NCBI GenBank assembly: GCA_002269645.1
Contig: NIVC01001262.1
Coordinates: forward strand, 1-64,000
Direction: 5' to 3'
From: Macrostomum lignano
Taxonomy: Eukaryota
DNA length: 64,000 nucleotides
Under the pieces are notes generated by a model, which was given only the letters and a program-made list of their open reading frames with translations, was not told the DNA's origin and made no database searches. Position numbers and translations under genes: made by a program. Numbering within the stretch: the stretch's first letter is position 1; each line of letters begins with the position of its first letter. This document shows positions 22,701 to 36,700 of the stretch, one piece after another.

Positions 22701-25306
22701 TCCTGCTCGCTTTCACACTCCCACCCTATCCGTATCTTTGGGGCATTTAGCAACTCCGAACTTTCGAACCGCTCCCTCCAGGCCTGGTTTCGTTCTCCAT
22801 CTTTTTCGGGCTCATTATCGGCCAGATGGGCGACCAGGCCGTGCTGATGGTGCAGTTCTTCAACATCATGAACGAGATCGTGATGCGCATGGTCAAGGTC
22901 ATCATGTGGTAAGTGAGCACTCGACCATTCTTTCAGCAATCTCAACTTATGATATAATTGCCAGCTCAGACAGCCAAATCCCCTAATCCGAGCAGATCAG
23001 GCGATCGTGACTTCACGTAGAAACTAAGTTAAAGCGGAAAAGCTTGAGTCTGCCGATCTACCCCATTGAACCAGCTCAAAGCCAGCCCCTGCCCATCCGC
23101 AGGTATTCCCCCATCGGTATCTTCTTCCTGATCGTGAGCAAGATCCTGCTGATCAAGGACCTGACGAGCACCGCGCAGAGTCTTGGCCTGTACATGCTCA
23201 CCGTGATTCTGGGCCTCCTCATCCACTCCTGCGGCACGCTGGCCATCTCGTTCTTCCTGCTGACCCGGCGCAATCCTGTCGTGTTCTTCCGCGGCATCTT
23301 CCAGGCCTGGATCACCGCGCTGGGCACCGCCTCGTCCGCCGCCACGCTGCCCATCACCTTTCGCTGTCTGGAGGAGAATAACGGCATCGACAAGCGCGTC
23401 ACCCGCTTCGTGCTGCCCATCGGGGCCACCATCAACATGGACGGCACTGCCCTGTACGAGGCCGTGGCCAGCATCTTCATCTCCCAGGTCAACGCTTTCC
23501 AGCTGAGCTTCACGCAGATCATCGTTGTCAGGTGAGAAATTTACTGCAAGGAATTCGGCTTGCTGCTCCCGCTGGGGGCCTCCTGTCGCCTTCCACTGAC
23601 AGACCATCCCCACTGCAGCTTCACCGCCACCCTGGCCGCCATCGGAGCCGCCAGCGTCCCCAGCGCCGGCCTGGTGACCATGATCCTGGTGCTCTCCGCC
23701 GTGGGCCTGCCGACTGACGACATCTCGCTAATCCTGGCTGTGGACTGGCTGCTGTGAGTGACAGTGAAGGGTTTGGGGTGATTGTGAAGGGTTTGGAGAG
23801 ACAGGGAAGGGTTTGGAGTGACAGTGAAGAGTTTGGAGTGACAGTGAAGGGTTTGGAGTCACTGAAGTGTTTGGAGGGGTTTGAGGGGTTTGGAGTGACA
23901 GTGAAGGGCTTGGAGTGACATTGAAGGAGTGACATGGAAGTATATGGAGTGACAGTGAAGGGTTTGGAATGACAGTGAAGGGTTTGGAGTGACAGCAGTG
24001 AACAGAGAGTAGAGGTCAAGTATTAAATTAAAAAACAAAGGATAGAACGCAAGCGGCCAGTAGCAATTCTACAGCTCCTTCGGTGGTACAGCGCAATTGC
24101 GCCCGCCCGGGCAGGGTTTTCGGTGTATTTATTGCATTAGCGGAAAGTCAATTACTGAAGAATCTGCCCAGCTTCCATTCGCCTGACGTCACTCGCCATG
24201 TGGCAGCGGCGGATCAGGGCTGCGCCATCTGCGTCTCCCGCTCAGTCCACCCAGACATCTCTCACCTTCACGCACCTTTCTGCCTGGCTCTCGGCTTTAC
24301 TGCAACGCATCTGCAAGTGCTTTTTTATTGCTCTGTTGCTAAGACAGTCCCAGTGCTGGGCTGAGGCACTGGGCGGGTTCGGGCCGCACCCAGTGCACCT
24401 GTGCTTCCTGTTGGCCGACCATCTTCGCTCGAGTCCAGCAGTGCCGAGCAGCAAGCAAAAAGAGCAAAAACAAACTACAAACAAAACAGACAACTCGCGG
24501 ATCGGGTGTGCTTTCTTCCGCTAGAGCTGGCATTTCTGCTTGACCCGGGCCCGCGATGGCAACAGGAACCCGGGGAGTGGGGCTAGGGGGGGCGTTCCGC
24601 CAAGCAGAACGAGCTAAGTTCCTTTGCAAAGCAGAGTCACGAAGCCAGGGATGAAGTGCGGCAGATTGCAGGCAACGGTCGCATCTAATTTATTTCCTGA
24701 GGCTGGCAACGCCTGCAATAGGAAGCTCCGCAGTGACAAAGAGAAGAGGTTTTGACTAAAATGCAAACAGACTATTGCAATCTACCAGGGCTGGAGCAGA
24801 GAGGACTATCTGCACTTTAAGAGAGAGCTAAAATGGTTGGCTAGAGAAATCTGAGAGTCCCGGGTTTGAGTCTGCATCAACTTTTCGAAGCCCAAATCCA
24901 AGGCAAAGCATGTCTGCACCAGACCCCAGCAAATTAGTTGGAAACTTCGCACCAGCAGCACCTGCCGATCTATTGATTATCCAAACTGCCCCCCGAATTC
25001 CGCAGCGACCGCCTGCGCACCTCCATCAACGTGGTCGGCGACGCGTTCGGCGCTGGCATTGTCGATCATTTCTGCAAGGCCGAGCTGCAGAAGCAGGACG
25101 AAGAAGCCGCCGCCCAGGCCAAGGAGGCCCTGGAGACCGGAGGCGGCGACGGCCGGCCTCGCCGGCTCAGCGTGGCCGCCGCCCTGCAGGTGTCCGACCA
25201 GCAGAGAGGTTTGTTTCCGCAGATCCACGTGACCGAGGTGCACAGCTGCCAGAACTCGCCAAGGGGCTCGTGCCACGAACTCAGGGTGGAGACGCCCACC
25301 TACTGA
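16713..25306 (+). CDS. SLC1 family excitatory amino acid (glutamate/aspartate) transporter, about 600 aa
   Basis: Exons 16713-16771, 17250-17626, 21049-21262, 22430-22590, 22782-22908, 23103-23531, 23619-23753, 25006-25306; phases consistent (1803 nt). Motifs: [64 protein letters not shown] (EAAT2-like), DWLLDRLRT (Arg typical of acidic-substrate SLC1). Exact paralog not assignable. Confidence 0.96.
16840..17050. repeat. 49-bp tandem repeat x4, SLC1 intron 1
   Basis: Unit ctgcagtctgcagactgtgagggaatcaacaacactgagctccttctcc. Confidence 0.95.
17828..20420. repeat. 2.6-kb 32/34-bp minisatellite, SLC1 intron 2
   Basis: Unit acagac(t/a)cctgatgattgcag(ag/aa)tgctgtagggg. Confidence 0.97.
23756..24000. 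repeat. 20-bp degenerate minisatellite, SLC1 intron 7
   Basis: Unit gtgacagtgaagggtttgga, starting right after the donor. Confidence 0.9.
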
Positions 25307-28300
25307 TTGAGTTCGGCTCCAGCCTGCGGGTTTTAAGTCTCATTTATCTGTTTGAATTTGCGCCCAATTTAGAATTCAATCCGGAAATTCCCTTTGGTGA
25401 TGATAGTCTCGACTTTGCTTCAATAGTTAATCCTATATACTAAAAATTTATTTCTAACGGCGCAAACTCAAATCGATAACAGCTAACAGAACAAATCAGA
25501 TGTCAACGTCTGCGTGAGAAATTTATGTTTCAAGGCAAATCAAAGCTAAGCAGTCAGCTGACTATACACGCACATTTCATCCGTTTTCGCGGGTGTACAA
25601 ATGTACAAATTGCTTTTCTTACCCTCCGGAGCCCACCTCACGCCCCACTCTGCCCCTCCCCAGCCATGCTTAAAGTCTCCTTTCCTCCGGCGAGTTAAAA
25701 AAGTGTGCTTTAAATGCGTCACCACCTAACATTGCTTAGTATTTGCACTTTCAGGAAAGAAGCAAGCCCCCCGTAAGTCATGAGCAGCTGCTGGTTTTAG
25801 CAGCGATCTCAATTGTCTCTATAAATTCTCTTGGATTGAGTTTTGCTGATATACTGCTCTGTTTTTAAGCTTTTGGCGTCTGGCTTGCGATGACCTTGAA
25901 GATTGAATGGCCTTTAAGCAAGCCTTCGTGAGTTAATCTGGTTGCGGCTTCTGAACTCCCCAGTGCAGCTCTGCCCTCTAGTTGTTCTTTCTGAAGAACT
26001 ATAATAAGTTAAGCGTGACCTGACAGAACCCGTAAAACTTTAAAGAGAGAAATTTGCCTGTTGAACTCCCTGCCATTGACCCTGCACTGTGCAATGTCCC
26101 AACAATATGCAGCGGCTCTAATGACCTGCATGCCATTTTTATCTGATTCTCGGAACAGCCCGTGCGAGGCCCTCAGATTTAGAAGCACATTTGACCTGGA
26201 ATGAATTGCTAATACGAGTATCTTAACTTGCTAATCCGAAAATCTGAAACTCCAAGTTGATGAGGTGCCAGCACACACCCATTGACTGACTGACATCAGG
26301 CAGATAAGAGCGTCGCTCCGTGTTTGCATCCACGGACCCACCGCTCTGGTAGCGCCAATGCTTACAAGAGGGCATTTCTCGGAAAGCCACCGCGCAGAAC
26401 AGAACCGACTGTCCCGTGTTTATGAAAGCATTTCAATAGAAGAAGAACAGACTTTTTCAAGAGCGCGACAATCTTCAATAAGAATTTGACAGGGGCTTCA
26501 CTTTGACTGATCTGCGCTGAACCCCCTCAGCGAGACAGCCTGCCTGACAGTCGGGCCAACAGCAGCCACCCCCGGCCCGCCAGGGCAAACAGCTCCCTGA
26601 CAGCTCCGCTCCGACAGGAAGTCTGCAAAGTTAAGCGAATTGAAAAAAGCCGCTTTGCAATCGCATCTGCCCTGCACTGCCAACCCCCCTCCCGCCGCCC
26701 CGGTCCAGGGGCTGCACGGAGCGGCACAAAGGCCACTTCAGTGACGGGGCTCCGCTGCCTGCAGTCCCCGCCCGTGTTGCCAGCTGCACCAGTTGGAGAG
26801 GCCGCACACAGTTGAATACTTTTTGACAAAAATATTCCCAGCTTTGCTGCTTGAGAGGAGGGGAACATGGGGGGCTAATCTGCCGCCACTGACCTCAGGT
26901 CCCGTATGCCAGCCTTCGAGGCCCGCAGCCCGGGAGTGGCGCATTTTTAAGCTGAGAAAATAGACTCCCTTAATCCCCGGGGACAGGCAGCACCGCCTGG
27001 ATAAATATTGGGGAAGAAACCAGCCCGTCCGGACCGGAGCTGCGAAATTGAGTTCAGATAAAACTCTCCTTTCCGATCCGGATCCCCAGCTCAAGACAGG
27101 GGAGAGTCAAGACTGCAAGCACAGCCACGGTAGTTCTGCCTATCCTGTCACTCTTGGGCAGAGCCAGACCTCCCTAACCATGCCATGCAGACTTGTTGCA
27201 GCCAATTGTGCTGTGATTGCGCAAAGTGAATTCATGCGGCCTAAAAGGCCGGTTGAATATTGATATGAATTAACAGCAATCATAGGCCTGGCTGGATCAG
27301 CCACTCTTTCTGTTGTGTACAGTCTAGTCCAGTGTCCGCGCCATGTCGCCCTCAGCACATTTAGCCTAGTTCAAACTGTCAGTCACACTCTGCGTACCAG
27401 GGCCGCTTTTGTGCAGGCATGCTTTCTGACACTGCTGACGCAAAATTAATCAATCATACACAATTTGTAGCTGCTCTTATTTCTTTGAAAACTGAAAAAA
27501 CACTTGATCTCCAGCTCAGCTCACAAAGCATGCGCACATGCGAACGCTTCTGTATTTTGTACCGTACTTGATATTGCGTGTACTTGCATTCTGTGTCCAA
27601 GCACTATTCAAGGACTACTTAAGTAGAAGGACTGGAAATATTTGTTTCTTAGAAAATTTTTGGGGCTGCAGGGTTCAGGTGCGGAAAAACACGAAACAGC
27701 GACAGTTTTTAATTAGAAGCAGATTGGGAGCTCAGCTTCTAGCAAAGCCTCTCTGTTTTATTGCTTCGTTGATTTCTGCGAAGCTTTGTTTGTACCCGGT
27801 AAAAACAATAAATTCATATAATTTCTATCCTTTGGTAAATTCACCTTAGCTACTATTCTAGTTTCTGAGTAAAATTTCCCAAAATTACGAAAAATTAGAT
27901 TTTTTTATTTCTTAGAAGGTCTTCTTATAATTAGGATAAGAAATTCTAAAATTCTAAAATTCTAAATTCTAATTAGTATTAGTAATTCAAAATGAGGTTT
28001 CTTACTCTCTTACTGAGGTCTTTTTCACAAAATTCAATAGAAGAATTCCAAATTCCAAATTCCAAAAATTATTCCATTTTTAAGTCTTTCTAGAAAGAAG
28101 ACAATTGTGGATTTGTTCAATGAATAATATGAATATTGGTTTTTAAATGCTTAGATGAATCTGTAACTTTAGAAAATCAAACATTGCAAAAATCAAAGAA
28201 GTAATAAAACAGGATTATAAAAGATAAACATTCAATCTGATTCCATTGTGCCGTAAAAATGGAATTTTCTACCCAAGGGTTTCCAATCCTTCATATATAA

Positions 28301-30127
28301 GTCGTCCTTGGCAGTATCATTCACCTGTAGCCGCAATGCAGTCAGTTCCCACTGCAACGCCCAAACTGCACCGCCATCGCTAACCTCCACCCGCTCCTCC
28401 TCCCCCGCACGCTCCTTCCCGCTGGCTCCGCAGCCGACAGCAAGGAGGCCGCCACCGACAAGAAGTCGCCACCGTCGCCGACGCGTCCGCAGATTGCGTG
28501 AAGCTCTTTTAATAAGACCCGGAAAAATAAATAACGACATTTTTGCACAGTCATAGCTGTGCTACGATGCGGGAGAAAGGTAATTTTTTAGGCAAAAAAT
28601 TTGAATGCAAACAACATTTTTTAATTTCCGTCTCTGTGGCGACACGCGCGAATCTTCCGCTCCCATGCCCTGTTTCTGTCGTTTCTGCACTTTCTTCAAT
28701 CCCTTCACTACCTACTATATGTTGTTTTTAACGTGAAAGTTTGCTATTTAGCCATTTCGCACTGCCGTTTTTAATTATGAATAATTGTCGTCTTCGGTGT
28801 TATTTTTAGTTTCGAACTGAAAAAGAAAGGATTTTAACAAATATTTTGCCTCCGCAACTTTATTGCAAAATTATAACCCCTCTAGACGGAGGATTGCGCA
28901 GAGGCCATTGTCTGCTGTTTGTGTGTACATATCCCAGCTAATCCTCCGCTTATTCATTTATCGTTGCACCTTCGCGGCTTAGAACTGAGCATTCATTTAG
29001 TAGCAAAAACTTTTTATAAGAATCTATTTATCGCACTAAGCCAAGAAATTTCTGTGCTCTATTTTGGCCCCGTCTCTCTCTTTTCTGAATTCGAATTCCA
29101 AAAAAATGACTTTAAATATTTTTTAAAAATTAAATGTAAAATTCAAGCCGATCTGATAATTTCACACTTTTACTACAATAGCAAGGAAATCGCCCACGAC
29201 TGTAACCATTTGTTTAACTTTTCAGTACACAGCATTAGTTAACTCGATCGCACCTTGAACTGATGTACAGAACGCACCTGTGCTGATTGATAGCTCTGTC
29301 CGTTTTGTTATTAATTTATTCACCTGTCCGCATGCATCTCCCCGCCGCCTCAATAGGTGATTTCTGCCCGAATCAACATTTTAAAAAATTACCTTTGTTT
29401 AACTGCATGTTGCGTTTTAAACCAGTAAACCATTTTTTAAATGTAACCCTAACCAATTTTTAAATGTCCGGAAAAATGACCCCAATTTATTTACCACTCG
29501 CTTGTTACGCCATATGTTGAATTCACATGCGCTTCGGACCTTTTTATTAGTCTTGTGACGCTTCATTGAAGTAATTAACAGAAAATAAAATTGCAACATT
29601 ATCTCTATTGTCTCATACTGCTTCACTGTCTCAATTTATGTCAAAATTTTAATTGTAATCAATTTCCACTGATTGAAATTACATGCATGGCAGGTTCAAG
29701 AGTCTGCAACAGGCAATGCTCTTTTTTGTGGCAGATTTGCACAAGGTTGGAGCTGGGATTCCTCATTAAAAGGATTTAATAAAAGCAGCAAAGTAGTTAT
29801 TGTCAGCTTCTTCAGCTTCTGAGCACACAGTCTACTCAAATATCACACTTTCTCCGTGTTGTTGACTCGGAGTCAATCTGCTCTGCTCAGCTTCATCTCT
29901 CAGTTCCTGCCCCGGACTCATTTCTGCCGCGGATTGCGCAGAAAATTTGCATTTCTATTGCCCTTCGCTTTAAACGCAGCAGCCAAAGGGGCCTCATTTG
30001 CAAGTAGAAGGGGAGCGCTCGGCTGCGGGGCGGCAGCTGGCGATTCTCTCCGGATCTATGATCCCAGGATGTCTCATTTCTACAGGGATCCAGGGATCAA
30101 GCAAGGGCTTGACTGAGATCTGTGGCT

Positions 30128-30265
30128 GTCTTTGTCTGTCTGTCTATCTTAGTGTCCGTCTTGTGTTTTAGTGCCTGTCTGTCTGTCTTAGTGTCTGTCT
30201 GTATGTCTTAGTGTCTGTCTGTCTGTCTGTCTGTCTTATAGAATGCCTGTTTGTCTGTCTATCTT
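30128..30265. repeat. Degenerate (TGTC)n
   Basis: Direct reading. Confidence 0.8.
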
Positions 30266-31071
30266 TTTGTCTCCCTCTCTCTCCCGTCAGTCACACAGTT
30301 TTTCCCAGTTCAACAATGCTCACGTCAGCTCTTCAGGCCGCAGCCACCTATTCAACTTGATAAGCCAGGCAGAACCCTGTGAATCCACGCGGCTCGGCAA
30401 CTGTTGTCAAGTGCCAATCTAGCTCGGGTTTCCAATCCAGACAGCTAGTGCTGCATGCCCGAATTCAGCAAATCTCGCTCCATAGATTTCAAGAGGGTCA
30501 AGAAGATTTCCATTTGTTTTTCTCTGCTCGCTTGGGTTGGCCAAAATGGAGGGAGAGAGGGGGAATGTTCGCCCGCAGTTGGGAAGCCGCGCTTTCAGTC
30601 GGGCTAAAAATTTCCACCTACTGCAGGGGAGCAGCGCCATGTCGCCACTTTGCAGCCGCGGCAGCAACCCGGCCCGGCCCGCCTCTTCACAACTGATATC
30701 GGGAGCCGCAGGTTCAACAATTCTGAACGGACAGTCCTGGCGCCACTTAGACAGGCTGAAGGAGCGGGAGAGGGCGGGCGCTGATCAAGCATTGAATGTC
30801 CAAATGAATGCGCAGGCCTACTATAGAGAATTTCCAAGAAAACATTTTGCCTGTTTAATCGTTTCGATGCGATTGTCCGCAGCTCAACAGCACGAGACAG
30901 TTCTGCTACATGTACAGCACATGTACAAGCGCCGCAGCTTTACATCAACTTGCAGGGTGTACAGCGGCCATACTTTCTACCTTGTACACATGGCTTCTGT
31001 TTGTCTCTGCCTGTCTGTCAGCGTCTATCAGTCTACACGCAAAGCATCACCCCAGTAGTCCAGTGCTGACC

Positions 31072-31190
31072 GCAGGGGCGTAATTGCCATGGATTTTATG
31101 GTGGGGGGGGGCAAAGCTAGGAATTCTTCGTGACGATAAGTTCCTACATTGTTTTAGGAATCGGTGTTGTTAGCAATAGTTTTGGCGCTG
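31072..31190 (-). mobile_element. Inverted fragment of the 41.2-42.8 kb element (right arm)
   Basis: gcaggggcgtaattgccatggattttatggtggg..caaagctaggaattc matches the reverse complement of 42700-42753. tacatt.tttt..gaatcggtg is also shared. Confidence 0.55.
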
Positions 31191-31871
31191 GTACGATAAA
31201 GCATTGGTAGACCCAGACTAAGGCTACATGTACAAGGCGAGCTTTCGCAGGCAAGGGTTTGAGCTGGGGCGCACACGGAACAGACGATCTGACTAAAACA
31301 ACCGCCCTGCAGCGCCAGTTCCCCATTGTTTATCTCCAGCCGGCACCGCTGCAATCACGATTTGCAGTAGCTCGGCACTGGAATCTGAGCGTCCCCCGTA
31401 AACAAAGTCCACGCGGGAAGATGAAATGCCATGCAGGCTGTGCAGATGGCAACCTGTTCTTTTGCTGTCTTTGCATGCGGCTCGGAGTTGTGCTGATCGA
31501 TACACAGCCTACAGGCTCAGTCACTGATGAAATCAGCCATTAGCTGCACTGCAGGAGACTGTAAATGCATCTATGCCGCAGTTATTTAACATAGGGTTGC
31601 ATTTGATTGACCCAGAGTCCAAAATCTGGGACGCGTTTATTTGCTTCTAGAAGCAAAAAAATCTATGCGCGCTGCTTCAAGCAGACAGGCGGTGCTGCGT
31701 GCCGGAAACCGCAGCAGCCTGGGAGCAGAATCTGCTCAGGCAGCAGCGAAAGCAGGAATTTGTGTGGGTTTGAAAACTGGCGATGCTTGCAATCTTTTTG
31801 TTGTTGGCCTGTTTTTTTGCTTTATGTTGATCTGAATCCGCCTGACTTCAGTACTTTTTATAGAGTCAAAT

Positions 31872-32400
31872 TGTCTGTCTGTCTGTCTGTCAGTCTGTCT
31901 ATCAGCCCGTCTGTCAGTCTCTGTCAGGTCAGCCTGTCTGTCAGGTCAGCCTGTCTGTCAGGTCAGCCTGTCTGTCAGGTCAGCCTGTCTGTCAGGTCAG
32001 TCTGTCTGTCAGGTAAGCCTGTCTGTCAGGTCAGCCTGTCTGTCAGGTCAGCCTGTCTGTCAGGTCAGTCTGTCTGTCAGGTAAGCCTGTCTGTCAGGTC
32101 AGCCTGTCTGTCAGGTCAGCCTGTCTGTCAGGTCAGCCTGTCTGTCAGGTCAGCCTGTCTGTCAGGTCAGCCTGTCTGTCAGTTCAGTCTGTCTGTCAGG
32201 TCAGCCTGTCTGTCAGGTCAGCCTGTCTGTCAGGTCAGCCTGTCTGTCAGGTCAGTCTGTCTGTCAGGTAAGCCTGTCTGTCAGGTCAGCCTGTCTGTCA
32301 GGTCAGCCTGTCTGTCAGGTCAGCCTGTCTGTCAGGTCAGCCTGTCTGTCAGGTCAGTCTGTCTGTCAGGTAAGCCAGTCAGGTCAGCCTGTCTGTCAGC
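31872..32400. repeat. 17-bp minisatellite
   Basis: Unit gtcaggtcagcctgtct. Confidence 0.95.
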
Positions 32401-33009
32401 CTGCTAGTCAGAGCAAACAGAGGCCGCAGCAACCCGCCACTCCCACGCTGTCACGCGGGCAGCAGTTTGCTAATCCGAGCCCCAATCAGCGATTGAAGGT
32501 TAACTCAGCGCAGGCGGATTAACTAGAAGGCAAGCGGATTATCGAGCGGCCCCTTAGCCAGATGTCGAGAATCAACGAAGCCGGCTTAGAAAAAAATATA
32601 AAGCAAATAAAAGTACAAAATATTGCGTTTTTAATTCTCGCTCGTCACTTTTGACGGATTTTTTGTGCCCTGACTGGCAGCGCACAGACTAAGAATGCGG
32701 CAGAATTGCAGGCAAATCAACGGGCTGGGAAAAAGCTGCCATTGTCATCGACAATTGCCAGACTATGAGTTGATCTTCAGTGATAAACTGCAGAGCTAAG
32801 TAAGCACTAGGAGTAGCACGGAAGGCAAAACAGAATGAATAAAGCTGATTAAATGCTGAGCTGTCTCTGAAGGCTCAGAAAGAAAATACCTACAGTGAGG
32901 TGATGAAAACAAATGAAATTAATGAAAAATTGCAAACTTAAAGAGCTAAAATGTCAAATATCAGCCTTTTTGGTACAATCTCATCTATCGAATCTACTCT
33001 CCATATTCT

Positions 33010-33530
33010 GCTCTACTCTTATCCTTCTGGTCTACTCTCATCCCTCTGATCTGATCTACTCTCATCCCTCTGTTCTATTCTCATCCCTCTGATCTGTTCT
33101 CATCCCTTTGATCTGTTCTCATCCCTCTGATCCACTTATCCTTGTGATCTACTCTCATCCTTGTGATCTACTCTCATCCCTCTGTTCTATTCTCATCCCT
33201 CTGATCCACTTATCCTTGTGATCTACTCTCATCCTTGTGATCTACTCTCATCCTTGTGACCTACTCTCATCCTACTGATCTACTCTCATCCTTCTGATCT
33301 ACTCTCATCCTACTGATCTACTCTCATCCTTCTGATCTACTCTCATCCTACTGATCTACTCTCATTCTTCTGATCTACTCTCATCCTTCTGATCTACTCT
33401 ATTCTCTCTGCTCTACACTCATCCTTCTGATCCATTCTCATTCTGATCTACTCTCATCCATCTGATCAACTTATCCTTCTGATCTAATCTCATGCTTCTG
33501 ATCTACTCTCATCCTTCTGATCTAATCTCA
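33010..33530. repeat. 19-bp degenerate minisatellite
   Basis: Unit ctctcatccttctgatcta. Confidence 0.9.
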
Positions 33531-33752
33531 CTCAATCATCCAATTAGAAACGTCAACATAAACTCATTCGGATAATCTAAAAAAAATACAAGCCTCACCT
33601 TTTTCAACTTATCCTTATAGTCCAATTTCCAACAGCCCAATCTAATCTCACCCCGATCATCTATCTCAGGCATCAACCCAGTTGCCAGCAGAGCAGTCAG
33701 TGCATTTAATAACACAGTTTAAATCTCGCCTAGCAACCAGCTGAGAAGTGGC

Positions 33753-36700
33753 TCAAGGCCGGTAGAGAAAGGCGTCCATGACAACGGACTCGGCCGGCAG
33801 GCTGAAGGCGGAGCGCAGGAGGCCAACCACGCTGTCGGTCAGGTTGCCCAGCAACGCCCTGGGCGCGTAGCCGTCCCGGCCGGACCGGGCCACCGTGACC
33901 AGCCGCGGACGAAGGCCGGCCGCGCCCAGGCTGCCGAGGAAGTCGCCGAGCTGACGCAGCCCTTTGGCGACGCCGGTCCCAGCCGGTCCCGGCGACTCGA
34001 CCACGGCGCTCTCGAACGGCAGATTGGCGCCGACGCAGAGGCGAAACTGCGGTCGGGAAGGCGGCGCCGCAAACGGCATCGGCGACCGGGCGACAATTTG
34101 GCGATTCCATGGCGAGCCGGCGAAGCAGAGGCCGAGGCGGCGCAGGGCGGCCAGGGCGGCGGCGCCAAGGTGGGCCAGCGGGCGCAGGCGGAACCGCAGG
34201 CTGCTGAAGAAGCTGGCGCGGTCGTCCGGCTCACGGGGACAGAGCAGGCGGCGGGTCTGGGAAGCCGAAAATCAGGATTTCGCGAGCTCGAGTCCTCTTT
34301 CCCGGAATCTCAACGCATGCTGTCAATCTCGCTTCCAATTCCGAACTTCAACTCTGAATCATCAGGTCTCACACAAGATCTCACGAATCTCACCCTGAAT
34401 CATCGAATCTCGCAGCCAAGTATCTAATCTTACGTGGGAATCTCACCCCAAATCATCAACTCCACCCTCGTCTAATCGCAAGTCATCTAAGCGAATCTCA
34501 CCCCTCGCCAATTATTCGAATCCCACCCCTCGCCAATTATTCGAATCCCACCCGTTGCTAATGAGTCAAATCTCACCCCTCGCCAATTATTCGAATCTCA
34601 CCCCTCGCCAATTAATCTAATCTCACCCCTTGCTAATGAGTCAAATCTCACCCCTTGCCAATGAATCGAATCTCACCCCTTGCCAATTAATCTAATCTCA
34701 CCCCTTGCCAATGAGTCGAATCTCACCCCTTGCCAATGAGTCGAATCTCACCCCTTGCCAATGAGTCGAATCTCACCCCTTGCCAATGAGTCGAATCTCA
34801 CCCCTTGCCAATTAATCGAATCTCACCCCTTGCCAATTAATCTAATCTCACCCCTTGCCAATGAGTCGAATCTCACCCCTTGCCAATTAATCGAATCTCA
34901 CCCCTCGCCAATTAATCGAATCTCACCCCTCGCCAATTAATCGAATCTCACCCCTCGCCAATTAATCGAATCTCACCCCTCGCCAATTAATCGAATCTCA
35001 CCCCTCGCCAATTAATCTAATCTCACCCCTCGCCAATTAATCGAATCTCACCCCTCGACAATTAATCGAATCTCACCCCTTGCCGATTAATGGAATCTCA
35101 CCCCTCGCCAATTAATCGAATCTCACCCCTCGACAATTAATCGAATCTCACCCCTTGCCGATTAATGGAATCTCACCCCTCGCCAATTAATCGAATCTCA
35201 CCCCTCGACAATTAATCGAATCTCACCCCTCGCCAATTAATCGAATCTCACCCCTCGACAATTAATCGAATCTCACCCCTTGCCGATTAATGGAATCTCA
35301 CCCCTCGCCAATTAATCGAATCTCACCCCTCGCCAATTAATCGAATCTCACCCCTCGCCAATGAGTCGAATCTCACCCCTTGCCAATGAATGGAATCTCA
35401 CCCCTTGCCAATGAATGGAATCTCACCCCTTGCCAATTAATCGAATCTCACCCCTTGCCAATGAGTCGAATCTCTCCCCTTGCCAATTAATCGAATCTCT
35501 CCCCTTGCCAATGAATCGAATCTCACCCCTTGCCAATTAATCGAATCTCACCCCTTGCCAATGAGTCGAATCTCTCCCCTTGCCAATGAATCGAATCTCA
35601 CCCCTTGCCAATGAATCGAATCTCAATACCACAGCCGCAGCTCCTCACCCCGGGTCCAACGGCGGCCGCAGGCGCCAGAACGAAGCTGTTCAGCTGTTCG
35701 TCCGTCCAGCCGTCGATGTCGCACGGCTCGCCGCAGTTTGCCGCCAGTCCGTTCAGCATGGCAACGAAAGCGGCGTTGCCAGCGGCTTCGTCTTGGTCGC
35801 CTGTCGGGCACAGCAGGAGGCCGGCGAGCTGCTCCGTCCAGTGCATCGCAGACTCGAACTTGGAGCTCGAGTTGCCTTGGTTAGTGTTCACGGGAATAGG
35901 GAGTTTTGCGGTTGCAGCTCTAACAAAACAGGAGAGACTGGGAGAGATTCCAGATGAGACTGGGGGAGATTCCAGATGAGACTGGGGAGATTCCAGAGGA
36001 GACTGGGGGAGATTCCAGATGAGACTGGGGGAAATTCCAGATGAGACTGGGGGAGATTCCAGAGGAGACTGGGGGAGATTCCAGATGAGACTGGGGAGAT
36101 TCCAGAGGAGACTGGGGGAGATTCCAGATGAGACTGGGGGAGATTCCAGAGGAGACTGGGGGAGATTCCAGATGAGACTGGGAGAGATTCCAGATGAGAC
36201 TGGGGGAGATTCCAGAGGAGACTGGGGGAGATTCCAGATGAGACTGGGGGAAATTCCAGAGGAGACTGGGGGAGATTCCAGATGAGACTGGGGGAAATTC
36301 CAGAGGAGACTGGGGGAGATTCCAGATGAGACTGGGGAGATTCCAGAGGAGACTGGGGGAGATTCCAGATGAGACTGGGAGAGATTCCAGATGAGACTGG
36401 GGGAGATTCCAGAGGAGACTGGGGGAGATTCCAGATGAGACTGGGAGAGATTCCAGATGAGACTGGGAGAGATTCCAGATGAGACTGGGGGAGATTCCAG
36501 ATGAGACTGGGAGAGATTCTAGATGAGACTGGGCAAGATTCCAGATGAGACTGGGAGAGATTCCAGATGAGACTGGGGGAGATTCCAGATGAGACTGGGG
36601 AGAGATTCCAGATGAGACTGGGGGAGAACCGCTTACCCAGAGCCAAGTAGAGCGGCCAAGAGGGAAGCTGCACAGCCAGGAAGTCCAGATCAATATCAAG

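Noticed and set aside
25400-33700. Additional gene in the 8-kb interval between SLC1 and UPF0489 (short ORFs at 26.5-27.1, 28.2-28.6 and 30.4-31.1 kb)
   Set aside because: No recognisable domains and no consistent exon chain. The GC-rich patches look regulatory or repeat-derived.
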